DNA of 64,000 nucleotides from Eledone cirrhosa (Eukaryota), in NCBI GenBank assembly GCA_964016885.1, contig OZ024745.1, positions 60,698,001 through 60,762,000 on the forward strand, read 5' to 3'. Below are positions 27,286 to 40,910 of this stretch, piece after piece. Each line of letters starts with the position of its first letter. The stretch's first letter is position 1. A program made the position numbers and the translations under genes. The notes under the pieces are model-generated. The model did not search any database. It was not told the DNA's origin and saw only the letters and a list, made by a program, of their open reading frames with translations.

Positions 27286-27328
27286 GTAATCTACGCGTTT
27301 CATTCTCGTTAGAAATCATCAGGACTAC
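27286..27328 (-). ncRNA. Type I hammerhead ribozyme, copy 1 of 4 in the 310-bp array
   Basis: Reverse complement of GTAGTC-CTGATGA-tTTCTaacgAGAAt-GAAA-CGCG-TA-GATTAC. Confidence 0.9.
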
Positions 27329-27595
27329 ATATCCAGTGCTTTTATCGAGAATGACACAGCTAGAGACTTATAGAATACTTAGCTGTGTACAGGAACTGGT
27401 TTGAAAGAGCGGTTGCCGGTCCGGCAGAAATTAGAAATTGGAATAAATGCTCTGAAATAGCGATATATATGTGAATATAGACATAGAATATTCGAAAATA
27501 TTCTGTATGTTTATAATAAACATTTTGAAGACCTAATCGCTATAGAATAGAATACGTCACGTATTACAATTAGATTCTCGATAAAAGCAAGGGAA

Positions 27596-27638
27596 GTAAT
27601 CTACGCGTTTCATTCTCGTTAGAAATCATCAGGACTAC
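27596..27638 (-). ncRNA. Type I hammerhead ribozyme, copy 2 of 4
   Basis: Identical to 27286-27328, offset by exactly 310 bp. Confidence 0.9.
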
Positions 27639-27783
27639 ATATCCAGTGCTTTTATCGAGAATGACACAGCTAGAGACTTATAGAATACTTAGCTGTGTAC
27701 AGGAACTGGTTTGAAAGAGCGGTTGCCGGTCCGGCAGAAATTAAGTCTCTAGCTGTGTCATTCTCGATAAAAGCACTGGATAT

Positions 27784-27826
27784 GTAGTCCTGATGATTTC
27801 TAACGAGAATGAAACGCGTAGATTAC
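27784..27826 (+). ncRNA. Type I hammerhead ribozyme, copy 3 of 4
   Basis: GTAGTC-CTGATGA-tTTCTaacgAGAAt-GAAA-CGCG-TA-GATTAC; helix I extended by the 16-bp inverted repeat ATTCTCGATAAAAGCA/TGCTTTTATCGAGAAT. Confidence 0.9.
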
Positions 27827-28093
27827 TTCCCTTGCTTTTATCGAGAATCTAATTGTAATACGTGACGTATTCTATTCTATAGCGATTAGGTCTTCAAAAT
27901 GTTTATTATAAACATACAGAATATTTTCGAATATTCTATGTCTATATTCACATATATATCGCTATTTCAGAGCATTTATTCCAATTTCTAATTTCTGCCG
28001 GACCGGCAACCGCTCTTTCAAACCAGTTCCTGTACACAGCTAAGTATTCTATAAGTCTCTAGCTGTGTCATTCTCGATAAAAGCACTGGATAT

Positions 28094-28136
28094 GTAGTCC
28101 TGATGATTTCTAACGAGAATGAAACGCGTAGATTAC
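28094..28136 (+). ncRNA. Type I hammerhead ribozyme, copy 4 of 4
   Basis: Identical to 27784-27826, offset by 310 bp. Confidence 0.9.
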
Positions 28137-28293
28137 TTCCCTTGCTTTTATCGAGAATCTAATTGTAATACGTGACGTATTCTATTCTATAGCGATTAGG
28201 TCTTCAAAATGTTTATTATAAACATACAGAATATTTTCGAATATTCTATGTCTATATTCACATATATATCGCTATTTCAGAGCATTTATTCCA

Positions 28294-28331
<38 letters not shown>

Positions 28332-28335
28332 TGTG

Positions 28336-28367
<32 letters not shown>

Positions 28368-28371
28368 CATA

Positions 28372-28479
<108 letters not shown>

Positions 28480-28842
28480 TCACACATACATATATATACA
28501 CACATATGTGAGTAGACACGTTCGATTCCGCTTAATTTTGAAGCTTCAGTAATTGAAATTCTTAGGCAACTAACCGAAATCATAGGGTAGGATATAAAGT
28601 AGTAGATGTTCCCACCGTAAGATATTGTGGCTATATAACATATGTCGCCATCTGTGAATCAATCCAAGTCGTTCAAGCAACTCAGCTACGTGGCATAGAA
28701 CTGTTTGAATATGACTGTGGCATACAAATAATTTACATATGTTCAACTCATTTTTTTCCTTTTTCCTTTGATATTTTTCATACGTCTCAACAGAAACATT
28801 TTACACATTTGAAATCATTCAATGATAACATTTATGGTAATG

Positions 28843-29039
28843 CAGATCCGCCAACCTCTAAATACCCAAACGGGGAGTACCATGAAAAAGAGTGCCCCAA
28901 AACGGGGAGAAATGAGGCAAAAATGAGGAGATTTTACATAATGAAAGCTATACCAATTTTCATAAGAGAAGACATCTCTCACCCACACCAAAGTGGGTGG
29001 AAGATCTCCCCCGTCAGGCGGGGAGAGTTGACATGCCTG
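28843..29039. mobile_element. MITE-like element, inverted second copy at ~35082-35264
   Basis: Imperfect TIRs CAGATCCGCCAAC / GTTGACATGCCTG; apparent 6-bp TSD GTAATG. Confidence 0.6.
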
Positions 29040-29094
29040 GTAATGTAAGTTAAGAAAATATTACTTGGTTCAGTCACAAGCTAAGGTAGTGGAT

Positions 29095-29910
29095 AATAGT
29101 TTCTAAATTTAGCACAAGGCCAGCAATTTGGGAAGAGAGGGAAAAGTTGATTAAATTGAGCCAGTACTTTACTGGTACTTTATTTTATCAATGAAAGTCA
29201 AAGCTAACCTTGGCGGGATTTGAACTCAGAATGTAAAGGAAGATATCTATATCTTGCAAAGCATGTTGTCCGACGCTCTACCGTTACTGCCAATTTATCG
29301 CCCTTACTGTAGTCAATAATGGCTTCTGATTTAGCAACAAAGCCAACAATTTTGTGGAAGGGGGTGGGGAGTCGATTAAATCGACCTCAGTACGTTACTG
29401 GTACTTTATTTTGTCGACTCCCGTAAGGATGAAAAAGCAAAGTTAGCCTTGGTGGTATTTGAGCTAAGAACGTAAAGGGACGTGGACCTCCGTTTGTTCA
29501 CAATAGTGAGAGATGGGGGAGAGCGGGAGAGACGGAGGCTGTAACAGTGGGAGTTTGGTCCCTTTTGTATTCGGACCTGGTGTATATATGTGTATGTAAG
29601 AGAGAATGAGTCTAAAAGCTGCTTCTATTCATGCAACTATCTATGATTGAATAAGTGCAGTCCAATGATTGAAAGATTTAAAAGAATAAACAATGATGTC
29701 TAATTTAGGCACAAGGTGAAAAAAATCATGGGGTGGGAAAAGTCGATTGCATCGATCCCAATATGTAACTGGTACTTTATTTTATCGACCGCGAAAGAAT
29801 GAAAAAGCAAAGTTGATCTCGGTAGGTTTTGAACTCAAAACGTTAGAAAGTCGTAACTAAAACTAAATATAACAAAACATTTTGTCTAGAGCGCTAGCGA
29901 TACTGTCAAT
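29095..29910 (-). mobile_element. Cluster of three older SINE A copies
   Basis: Diverged family A bodies at ~29095-29300, 29320-29480 and 29700-29910; other old copies at 48-150, 290-430, 7075-7215, 56320-56515, 56990-57135 and 58915-59070. Confidence 0.75.
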
Positions 29911-30206
29911 TATTCACTCTTTTAAAATGAATAAATAGGTTGCTGTCACAATTACCAAAGGTTTCTTTCTGCATTAAATCAAGTGGGGGTTGTTCTCAGG
30001 AAATTATAGCGTACCATGTAAATTTCTATAGCAAACTCAGTCTGTCTCGGTTTACTTACGATTGTTGCCATTTATTTTACTTCATTATGTTTCCTAAACG
30101 TCTTTTGGTAAAATATGAATGTTACCAATTATATTTCCTAATTTCCTAAAAATATAAGCTGTATGTATATAGTTTAATTAAAAGAACACTTCCATTTAAT
30201 AAGAAA

Positions 30207-30240
<34 letters not shown>

Positions 30241-30569
30241 TCCTCTTGTACCTTTATTTCCTTAAAGCTTTCCTCCTTTTTGTAATATTCACAAGAAAAA
30301 TAAATAAATAAATTACAAAATCGCCTCAACTCCCTCAATTTCAGTCCTAATTAGTCTGTCTTCCTCTGTCCCCTTTCTCGGATTACTTCTCTATATTCCG
30401 CCTGCCTCTACCCCCTTGAAAACAGCTGTCCTGACTGAGAATTTCTGTATAGGTTCACGTGATGAGGTGTTAGGGATCAGAAGTGAAAAAAGTGGGGACG
30501 GGTTGAAGAAAAGGACACAGCTGGAAATAATTATAACAGCAGCAGTAGTATATGTCCCTTGCTGCCACC

Positions 30570-32763
30570 ACCACCACTACAACTACTGCTACAACCACCA
30601 TTAGTACAACCACTACAAGAACCATACTACAACCACCACTAGAATCACCACTACTGCCACCACTACTACCACCACTACTACCACCACTACAGCCACCACT
30701 ACAGCCACCACTACTGCTACCACTACAACCACCACTACAACCACCACTAGAATCACCACTACTGCCACCACTACTACCACCACTACTACCACCACTACTG
30801 CCACCACTACTGCCGCCACTACTGCCACCACTACAGCCACCACTACAGCCACCACTACTGCTACCACTACTACCACCACTAGAATCACCACTACTGCCAC
30901 CACTACTACCACCACTAGAATCACCACTACAGCCACCACTACAGCCACCACTACTACTACCACTACTACCACCACTAGAATCACCACTACTGCTACCACT
31001 ACTACCACCACTAGAATCACCACTACAGCCACCACTACAGCCACCACTACTACTACCACTACTACCACCACTAGAATCACCACTACTGCCACCACTACTA
31101 CCACCACTAGAATCACCACTACTGCCACCACTACTACCACCACTACTACCACCACTACTGCCACCACTACTGCCGCCACTACTACCACCACTACAGCCAC
31201 CACTACAGCCACCACTACTGCTACCACTACTGCCACCACTACAACCACCACTACTGCCACCACTACTACCACCACTACTACCACCACTACTGCCACCACT
31301 ACTACCACCACTACTACCACCACTACTGCCACCACTACTGCCGCCACTACAGCCACCACTACAGCCACCACTACTGCTACCACTACTGCCACCACTACAA
31401 CCACCACTACTGCCACCACTATTACCACCACTACTACCACCACTACTGCCACCACTACTACCACCTATACTACCACCACTACTGCCACCACTACTGCCGC
31501 CTCTACTACCACCACTACAGCCACCACTACAGCCACCACTACTGCTACCACTACTGCCACCACTACAACCACCACTACTGCCACCACTACTACCACCACT
31601 ACTACCACCACTACTGCCACCACTACTACCACCACTACTACCACCACTACTGCCACCACTACTGCTACCACTACAGCCACCACTACTACCACCACTACTA
31701 CCACCACTACTGCCACCACTACTGCTACCACTACAGCCACCACTACTACCACCACTACTACCACCACTACTGCCACCACTACTGCTACCACTACAGCCAC
31801 CACTACTACCACAACTACTACCACCACTACTGCCACCACTACTGCTACCACTAAAGCCACTACTACATCCACCACTACTGCTACCACTACTACCACCACT
31901 ACTGCCACCACTACTACCACCACCTCTACCACCACTAGAACCACCACCACAGCCTCCACTACAACCACCACTACTACCACCTTTACAACCACCACTAGAA
32001 CCACCACTACTACCACCACTACAACCACCACTACAACCACCACAAGAACTACTACTACAGCCAAAACTACTACCAACACTGCAGCCACCACTACTGCCAC
32101 CTATACTACCACCACTACAACCACCACTACAACCACCACTAGATCCACCACTACTACCACCACTATAGTCACCACTACTGTCACCTATTCTACCACCACT
32201 ACAACCACCACTACAACCACTACTAGATCCACCACTACAGCCACCACTACAACCACCACTACTGCCACCACTACTGCAGCAACTACAACCACACTACTGC
32301 CACTACTTCAACCACCGCTACTACCACCACTACTACCATCACTACAACCACCACTACTGCCACCACTACTACCACCACTACTGCCACCATTACAGCCACT
32401 ACTACTACCACCAATACTGCCAACACTACAACCACCACTACTGCCACCACTACTACAACCACCACTACAACCACCACAAGAACTACCACTACAACCACCA
32501 CAAGAACTACCACTACAACCACCACTACTGCAACAACTACAACCACCACTACTACCACCACCGCTACTGCCACCACTACCACCACCACTACTACCTCCAC
32601 TACTACCACCACAACAACCACCACTACTACCACCACTACAACCACCACTACTACCACCTCCACTACTACCACCACAACAACCACCACAACAACCACCACT
32701 ACTACCACCACTACAACCACCACTACTGCTGTACTGCTACTACTACTACTACTACTACTACTA
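30570..32763. repeat. 2.2-kb minisatellite, ~12-bp unit CCACTACTACCA with higher-order variants
   Basis: Directly visible; source of the PPLL and poly-V ORFs. Confidence 0.9.
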
Positions 32764-32856
32764 CAATAAATGGAAGATTGAGCAATCTTTAATAGTCTTG
32801 TACCATTATTTGTAAAACCCAAAGACTATTAAAGATTGCTCAATCTTCCATTTATT

Positions 32857-32857
<1 letters not shown>
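32764..32857. repeat. 36-bp-arm hairpin where (TAC)n flips to (GTA)n
   Basis: CAATAAATGGAAGATTGAGCAATCTTTAATAGTCTT (32764-32799) inverted at 32822-32857. Confidence 0.85.
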
Positions 32858-32919
<62 letters not shown>

Positions 32920-33259
32920 ATAGTAGTAGTAGTAGTAGCAGCAACAGTAGTAGTAGCAGCAGCAGTAGTGGTGGTTGTAGTAGGGGTAGCAGTAGTAGTA
33001 ATGGTAATATCGGGACAGAGTTAGCCACCCGCAGAAACGAGCCCCGCCACTTGGAATGACTGTGCATCTCCCTGGGACCATGAAGTGGCATACGCCTGGG
33101 GGCTCTGTACGTCGGAGGCGAAGAGTGAACGAACCGTGGCGGCGGCGGTGGCGGTTGTGGTGGTGGTGGTGGTGGACGGTAGCGTGACAACCTTTCGTTG
33201 GTGACAAGTTTCGGGAAGTGATACACAGTTTGTTTATCCCACAAGAGTCGAAACCATTA

Positions 33260-33448
33260 TAAGAGGGTTGGCTGAAAAGTTCATAGGCCGACCAATATAC
33301 TCTCATGTAATGACCAAATAAGGTTTATTTTTCAACATAGTCCCTAGAAAGAAACAATGCAGTTATTAATAAGAGTTGAAATTAATGCATGCAAGATTTC
33401 AGAGCTCTTGCATCAGCCCTTCATAGTCAACCTATGAACTTTTCAGCT
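33260..33448. mobile_element. Mariner-derived MITE
   Basis: GAGGGTTGGCTGAAAAGTTCATAGGCCGAC with partial inverted copy GTCAACCTATGAACTTTTCAGC. Confidence 0.65.
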
Positions 33449-33601
33449 ATGGATTGGAAAGGGTCATGGAATGGAGGAATCGTTATGAAAAGAATAACAG
33501 TGAAATTAGAGTTTCCTCTTTTACATTATTAGGTGATACTGTTTTGTACGGAATCTAACGTTAAGAGATTTACATTTTTTTTTTCAATTAAAAAAAATAT
33601 A

Positions 33602-33678
33602 TACAGGGTGTGTGGAAAGAAAATCCCTATTTACACACACACACACACACACACGCGTTTCTTTTCACATAACCTGTA
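33602..33678. mobile_element. Tiny Tc1-like MITE
   Basis: TA-CAGGGTGTGTGGAAAGAAA ... TTTCTTTTCACATAACCTG-TA. Confidence 0.5.
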
Positions 33679-34670
33679 TATATTTGCTGACCGTATATGT
33701 TAAAAACAAAACTATCCGAAACCGCGTAAGATGCGGTGTTCACTGTATATCGAGTAAGACATGTAATTTAGGTCGTTAACGTTTCTGTTGCAAACACGCG
33801 AAACAAAAATTGTTTACGGCATACCGCTTCACTTAATTATATTCACTCTGATTGGTTGCTTTGCCTGTTTGCTTCCTATTTATTAATAGTACGAATGCAA
33901 CACACCGCAGACATACTTTGTATGTAACTAATATCATTTGTTAACTACAGTAATAGAAGATTGTAATTTATCAATTTATTTATGCCGAATGGTGGAGTAA
34001 ACAACGTAATTATGCAGAGCTAGCTCTGCCGTATTTACAATTAAAGCATTCATACAGAATATCAATCAAGCAACATTAAATTTTATATTGTTTGAAACAG
34101 TATTTAGGTTTTGGTGAGGTGCAATTAAAGCGACCATTTGAGTAGAAGAAGATGCGAGATGTTGATGGTGGAGGGGAGATTGGTAGTATGTTTTGCTATT
34201 AACGATCCCTGAATATCTATACCGGTATTGTATACAGACAGTTGTATATGAGATTATGCACCAGCTGATAAGTAATCCTTTCAAAGAGGCTTGGGGTCCT
34301 TCTGACACCATTCATAAAATCGTGTACCTAAACTATAGCAGGCCAATGAAGGAGCCTCTACGAGGTGGTTAGACTCACAGGAAATAGCAGCCAAATCACT
34401 ATTAAAAGAAGAAAAAAAGGAAGAACAAGTCAGATAATATAGTCCTTGATATACAAAAATGCGGATGGTCACGGCTGGAACACATTTGGCTTGTTCAATT
34501 AGGATACTGACCTAGACCTAAACAACAACAAATGAAGCATGCCAAAATCTTCCACGAAGAACGAAAAACAATCCAATTATGGCAACCTCTGAAAGGCTAC
34601 ACCAGAAAAAGAATATCCCCTTAAATACTGAATACTTGCCGATTTTATAGCAGGTATAAAACGACACGTT

Positions 34671-34975
34671 GAAGGCGCGTAGCTTAGTGGTTAGGCTGTT
34701 CGGCTCATGTTTGTAAAAATGTTAAATCTATTCCCGGCGGTGCGTTGTGTCCTTGAGCAAGACACTTTATTTCACGTTGCTCTAGTACACCCAGATGACA
34801 AAAATAAGTTGTAACTGTAATTGAAAAGGTCAGCAGTGTTATTCTGAATCTCTCCAAGAACTACGTTAAGTGTATGTGAAATGCTCAGCCACTTGCACAT
34901 TAATTTCACGAACAGGCTGTTTCATTGATCAAACAACTGGAATATTCATCGTCAGAACCGACGGATGACCAACAA
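34671..34975 (+). mobile_element. SINE family B
   Basis: GAAGGCGCGTAGCTTAGTGGTTAG...GTTGTGTCCTTGAGCAAGACACTTTATTTCACG; relatives at 5950-6200 (-), 12378-12620, 55901-56180 and 59570-59680. Confidence 0.75.
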
Positions 34976-35359
34976 TGACAGTACAACCTACATAGCTAGC
35001 ATGGCGCATTGTGTTTTTCTGCTGATTGCACAATGTAATAAAAATAAACCTATACATATACACCTTACACACACGAGGACAGACCTCCCCGTCCGACAGG
35101 GAGACCTCCCACCCACTTTCGGGTGGGTGAGAAATGTCTTCTCTTGTGAAAATGGGTATAGTTTTCATTATGTAAAATCTCCCCACTTTACTTCAATTCT
35201 CCTCGTTTTGGGGCGCTTTTTTCATGGTACTCCCCGTTTGGGTTTTTAAAGGTTGGCGGGTCTGCAAGGGAGACTGTGGTTAACAGACCTGCTAGAAGTA
35301 CCAGCCAAATTTCGTTTAAATCACACCCGAGACTTTTAAGGAAAGACAGCTACATTAGA

Positions 35360-35542
35360 TAATTGTTTCTACTTTAGGCACAAGGCCAGCAATTACCCAG
35401 TGCATTACTGGTACTTTATTTTATCGACCCCGTAAGGATGAAAGGCAAAGTCAACCTCGGCGGGATTTGAACTCAGACCATAAAGGGACGTAACTATGCT
35501 GGAAAGCATGGCGTCCGACCCTCTACCGATACTGCCAATCCA
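35360..35542 (-). mobile_element. SINE family A
   Basis: Near-identical to 62866-63050. Confidence 0.9.
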
Positions 35543-35637
35543 AGTCGTATATACACTTAAAAGGACTTGGTGGTCACGGTGGAAATGCTTTGATTATTAG
35601 TTTGCTCGATATGGGTTCACGTGAGACTAAATAACAT

Positions 35638-35738
<101 letters not shown>

Positions 35739-35974
35739 GACCGACACGAATATTTATATATATATTCCTGAGCGTTACGAGTATGTACAAATAAATAGGA
35801 GAGGGAAGGTGACAAGCATTTCACATGGTGTTGTACACGGTCTATGATTGTGCGTAGCGTGCATGTGTGTGTGAGTGTGTGCGTGCGAATATGCGTGCAT
35901 GAGTGTCTGTGTGTGCGTGCATTTGTGTATGTGTGTGTGCGCGCTCGTGCTTATGTGCGTTTGCATGAGTGCAG

Positions 35975-36012
<38 letters not shown>

Positions 36013-36384
36013 AAATTTATAGCCGTTCCAACAGGTAATATGGGGTGGAGGGCAGGTAGGCAATGAAAGTTGGAGCCAAAAGGCCGCTGGTTAAGACAAG
36101 CGACGACTTCAGAAGGTGAACATTTTTATCAAACCCATGGAGACAAACGAATTATAAGCTCTGCTCATGTCGCCTTGGAATCGTTCTTGCAAGACAGACG
36201 ATGTGTTTCAGACGGCTTGGCGCCTCAGTAATTTCGTGGACAAACAACATGGCACCCTTTTCGTTTGTACGGGCGGCAGGATCTACAGGGAATTTCTGTC
36301 TTGTGTTGGTTGCTGAAAAAGATTTATATTTGTTGCTGGGAAATTTTATGTCTGTTTAATAATTTGGAAAGAAACTATATATGA

Positions 36385-36469
<85 letters not shown>

Positions 36470-37757
36470 CGCGCGCGCGCGTGTGTGTGTGGATGGGTGT
36501 GTGTATGTATGTACATATGTATGGATGTGTGTGTATGTATATATATGTATGTGTGTATGTATGTATGCAAATATGTATGCATGCAGGTATGTATGTATGC
36601 AAATATGTATGCATGCAGGTATGTATGTATGTGTCGATGGATGGGTGTGCATACGTATGTATATAAGTATGGGTGTGGTGTATGTATGTTTGTATGTTTG
36701 TATGTTAAAGGCCCGCAGTTGTTGTCACAACACCTTTCTAGGAGAGGGAAACTCTGAAAAAAACCAAAAAAACCTGCGGCTTCAAAAGCATCCGATGATG
36801 TTAATCAGTTCTCCTTTTCGGGTAGTGTTTTTGATGCTCAGAGAGTGGGATTGGTCGTGTGCAAGGCCTTTCCCCACTTAAAAAACCTTCACAGCACAGG
36901 CATTGCTTGTTCAGGATATGTTACGGGTTCGTGTGGCTGGCCGTAGCCTAAAAGTGCACCAAACTCTATTATCTGACAAGCGATTGTATATATGTTTGCA
37001 TGCATATATGTTTGTATTTATGCATGCATGCATTTATGTATTATGCATGCATGTATGTTTTTATGTATTATGCATGCATGCATGTATGTATATATGTATG
37101 TAAGTAAGTAAGCATATATGTATGTATAAAAATGAGGGGAAACTTATTCGTGTGTGTATTTATTTTATTAAAACACATTTTAAACGTCGCTGTGAAAAGT
37201 GGATACTGCGATTAAACAACATTTTGTCTTTGTAATTCAGTTCTGTCCGAGTTTGAGTGCACTAAATAGCTAAATGTTACTATTTTATTTCTGGACAGAT
37301 TTTCTACTTTTATAGCGAGGTTTTAATGTGTTTTACTAAACCGAACACTTGTACGTCTATCTGTCTACTATGCAACTGAAAACACACACATACACCGCTG
37401 TGTAGTACTGCTATCCGAATATCTAAAATTTTGAATTTTTCTTAAACTCTGAAGAGTATTTAAAGGCCATGTTTTAAGCATTGGTTGCGTGGTATACATA
37501 CATATGTAGCAAAATCTTGACACATTTTCATAGTCCGCCACACACGACCACCTTAATACTGACCTACAACCTCAGAGTCCCATAACTTAGATAACGTTCT
37601 CTGGCAGAAGGACTAACGGCGCCAATGGTACGCAGGGAGAACAATAGATAAATTTCCCTTTTGGAAGATCAGTCTGCTTTTCGACTCTGCAAAGAGACAG
37701 TTTACTTTCTGACTCAGCAATAGAGAGATCGCTTGTTTCGTCCAGTTTGTAATGTAA

Positions 37758-38537
37758 TCTATATATATAAAACTGAGGATGTTTGTCTGTGTGTGTGTGA
37801 GTTTGAATCCCTAAAACTAGAAAACCACCCAACCGACTGTTTTCAAACTTTACACATGTAATACTTATGTTTCAGGGAGTGTTCTGAGCAAAAAAGATTT
37901 CAAATTTTCAATGTCCTAGGGACCGCATTAGGCGATTTAGCGATCTCTCTCTATTATTCTTAGTCTTTCTCTTTTTAGATAGATACATACATATAACGTC
38001 GCGCCCTTATAATTGTTTCTACTTTTGGCACAAGGCCAGCAATTACCCAGTGTATTACTGGTACTTTATTTTATCGACCCCATAAGGATGAAAGGCAAAG
38101 TTAACCTCGGCGGGATTTGCACTCAGAATGGCAAGGGCCGTAACTCTATGCGTCAAAGCATGGCGTCCGACCCTCTACCGATACTGCCAATCCCTTATAA
38201 TATCTGTCTGTATGTCCGATTGTCTGCATTACGTCACTTCCTACAATTTGCTCTGCGTCCAGAACGCGCCTTTATAATATCTGTCAGTATGTCTGGCTGT
38301 CTGCTGCTTCCGGTTATTTTGCCACCCTTGCTCAAGACAAATCTCGCACTCATTCCCCAAACAGTTGGTAAGTGCACACAACGTCTTCCTCACGTTTTAA
38401 GCCACAATGTTGCTTACTTACGTACCACCAGATCCTTACTTCTTTGCCCGCCGTGGTTGTGGCAATACTAAGCTTAGCTAAGGCGGTTATATATTTCACA
38501 ATACCTTATCCTGTGCAACGCCGGGTACCACTGCTGG
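37758..38537 (+). mobile_element. Non-autonomous Helitron interrupted by a SINE
   Basis: Starts A|TCTATATATATAAAA, ends CCTGTGCAACGCCGGG-TACCACTG-CTGG|T; SINE at 38012-38192 with duplication CCCTTATAAT (38004, 38192). Confidence 0.75.
38012..38192 (-). mobile_element. SINE family A inserted in Helitron
   Basis: Family A sequence with 10-bp TSD. Confidence 0.9.
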
Positions 38538-38952
38538 TGATATATACACTCTCGCTAGCCAGCCATGCTGGGGTCGACACTAACTGAAATATTTTTTATT
38601 AATACAGGTTAGGCCAGTTAAATATTACTACAGTTACACACATGACACAGTACAACTATACATATATTATTTTTCCATTGTTCATTGCTGTACATGATGC
38701 CAAAGTAAATCATGTTAAAATAAAAACAGTGTCTTTGTTTATGCTTAACCGTGTGACATGGGAAAAATCATTTGCCCTATGGTAATGTCACTTCACACCA
38801 CAAGCGAGTACAACTTCTTGCTTCCTTGAATATGGCATAGCTTCTCTCAACTCACTGAGGCCAACTTCACCTGCTCACTTGCCATGTTGTATTAGTCTTC
38901 ACTTGTTGTTCATCTCGTCGACTTATCTGACATTACAGAACACAGTCCAGTG

Positions 38953-39052
<100 letters not shown>

Positions 39053-39761
39053 GTCAGGTCACCAGTTGGTGCTACTGGTAACATGTATCCCAGTACAACC
39101 TGTCTCATGGTCGGGTCGTTGGCGACTAAACTGGCAACCCCACCAAGGTTTCTTGGTGAGGAGGGTGACTTTGGACATCCTGCAGGACTAAAAACAAAAC
39201 CTGTCAAAGGGCAAGGGAGCTCTTAAGACTCAATAGCCATCCAAAATCACCGGGAGAGATGACCCCTTAGCCTTTGTCAAGGCAGAATTCTAGGAGAAGG
39301 AAAACTCTGATATAACACCTGCAACCCTGATGGTATCCAATGATGTTGACTTGTTCTTCTTTTTGGTAAATATCATCTTGGTTAAGAGAGTGGGACTGGC
39401 TTTGTGCAGTGCCTTTGCTCACTATAAAAGCTTCACAGCACAGGCATTGCTTTATATCTGGAGATCTCTCTGCACTTGTCATCACATGGTACCATGGGCC
39501 CTGCACTATGTGTCAATAATGGTCACAAGTGTAGTCTTTGTACCAGAGTTTTCAAGTCGCTGGCTGGACTAAAAAGTCACATTCGTTCAGCGCATCGGTA
39601 GGGGTTCTCCTACATGGATATAAAGTAGTGGCCGTACTCGAAAACGAGTTGGCAGCCACCATGTATGTATGTATGTATGTATGTATGTATGTATGTATGT
39701 ATGTATGTATGTATGTATGTATGTATGTATGTATGTATGTATGTATGTATGTATGTATGTA
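39053..39761 (+). mobile_element. ~605-bp non-autonomous bipartite RTE-type element with (ATGT)n tail
   Basis: RTE-like 5' motifs (TGGCAACCCC, GGAGAAGGAAAACTCTGA) fused to an ORF end encoding [25 protein letters not shown], a C2H2-like finger typical of RTE C-termini; no RT. Confidence 0.75.
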
Positions 39762-40488
<727 letters not shown>

Positions 40489-40539
40489 CACATGCACAAG
40501 TTATTCTTGGTAAACTGTTTGTGGCGAGGCACATACACA

Positions 40540-40910
40540 AAGTCCGAACACAAAAGAACCAAACTCCCACTATCACTGCCTCTGTCTCTCCTCATCTCTC
40601 ACTATTATGAGCAAAGGAGGGGGGGGGGCACAGGCGCTGGTCACCCCACGGCCCCGGCGAACAGAATGGAGAAAGCGTTTACCCAGAAGGTGGTGTTGGA
40701 GACGCGCTGGAAGAGCCATTCCAACTCGCGAGGCTCATACCTGCGAGTAGCCAATTCTGTGCCGATGGTGGTGAGCATGGAGGTGGCCCTAGGGCCAAGG
40801 ACACCAGAAGTCTCCACCGCCACGGGCTCGACCGCAAACCTGTCGGAGAGCGACCGATATTTGGAGAGTTTACCCTCCTCGGCCCAAAGTGCAGCAGAGC
40901 CTACCATCAA
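40540..40910 (-). mobile_element. CRE-like (restriction-like endonuclease) non-LTR retrotransposon 3' fragment
   Basis: [31 protein letters not shown]...[13 protein letters not shown]...NAFSIL resembles the CRE-clade C-terminus; 3' UTR recurs at 58140-58283 (-) and 29490-29585 (+). Confidence 0.75.

Larger units (their letters stand above)
27164..28297. mobile_element. Retrozyme/Penelope pLTR-like array: 310-bp HHR unit, ~2 tandem copies followed by ~2 inverted copies
   Basis: Period 310 bp (27171 vs 27481); inversion junction at ~27742; arms ~27164-27680 and 27742-28258 with a 61-bp spacer; flanked by (TA)n. Confidence 0.85.

Noticed and set aside
30552-32168. 538-aa PPLL ORF as a proline-rich protein
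   Set aside because: Off-frame reading of an ACT/ACC minisatellite.
39053-39150. HDV-like, twister or lariat-capping ribozyme at the RTE 5' end
   Set aside because: Hairpins are present but I could not complete the required pseudoknots; kept only as a structured-leader hypothesis.
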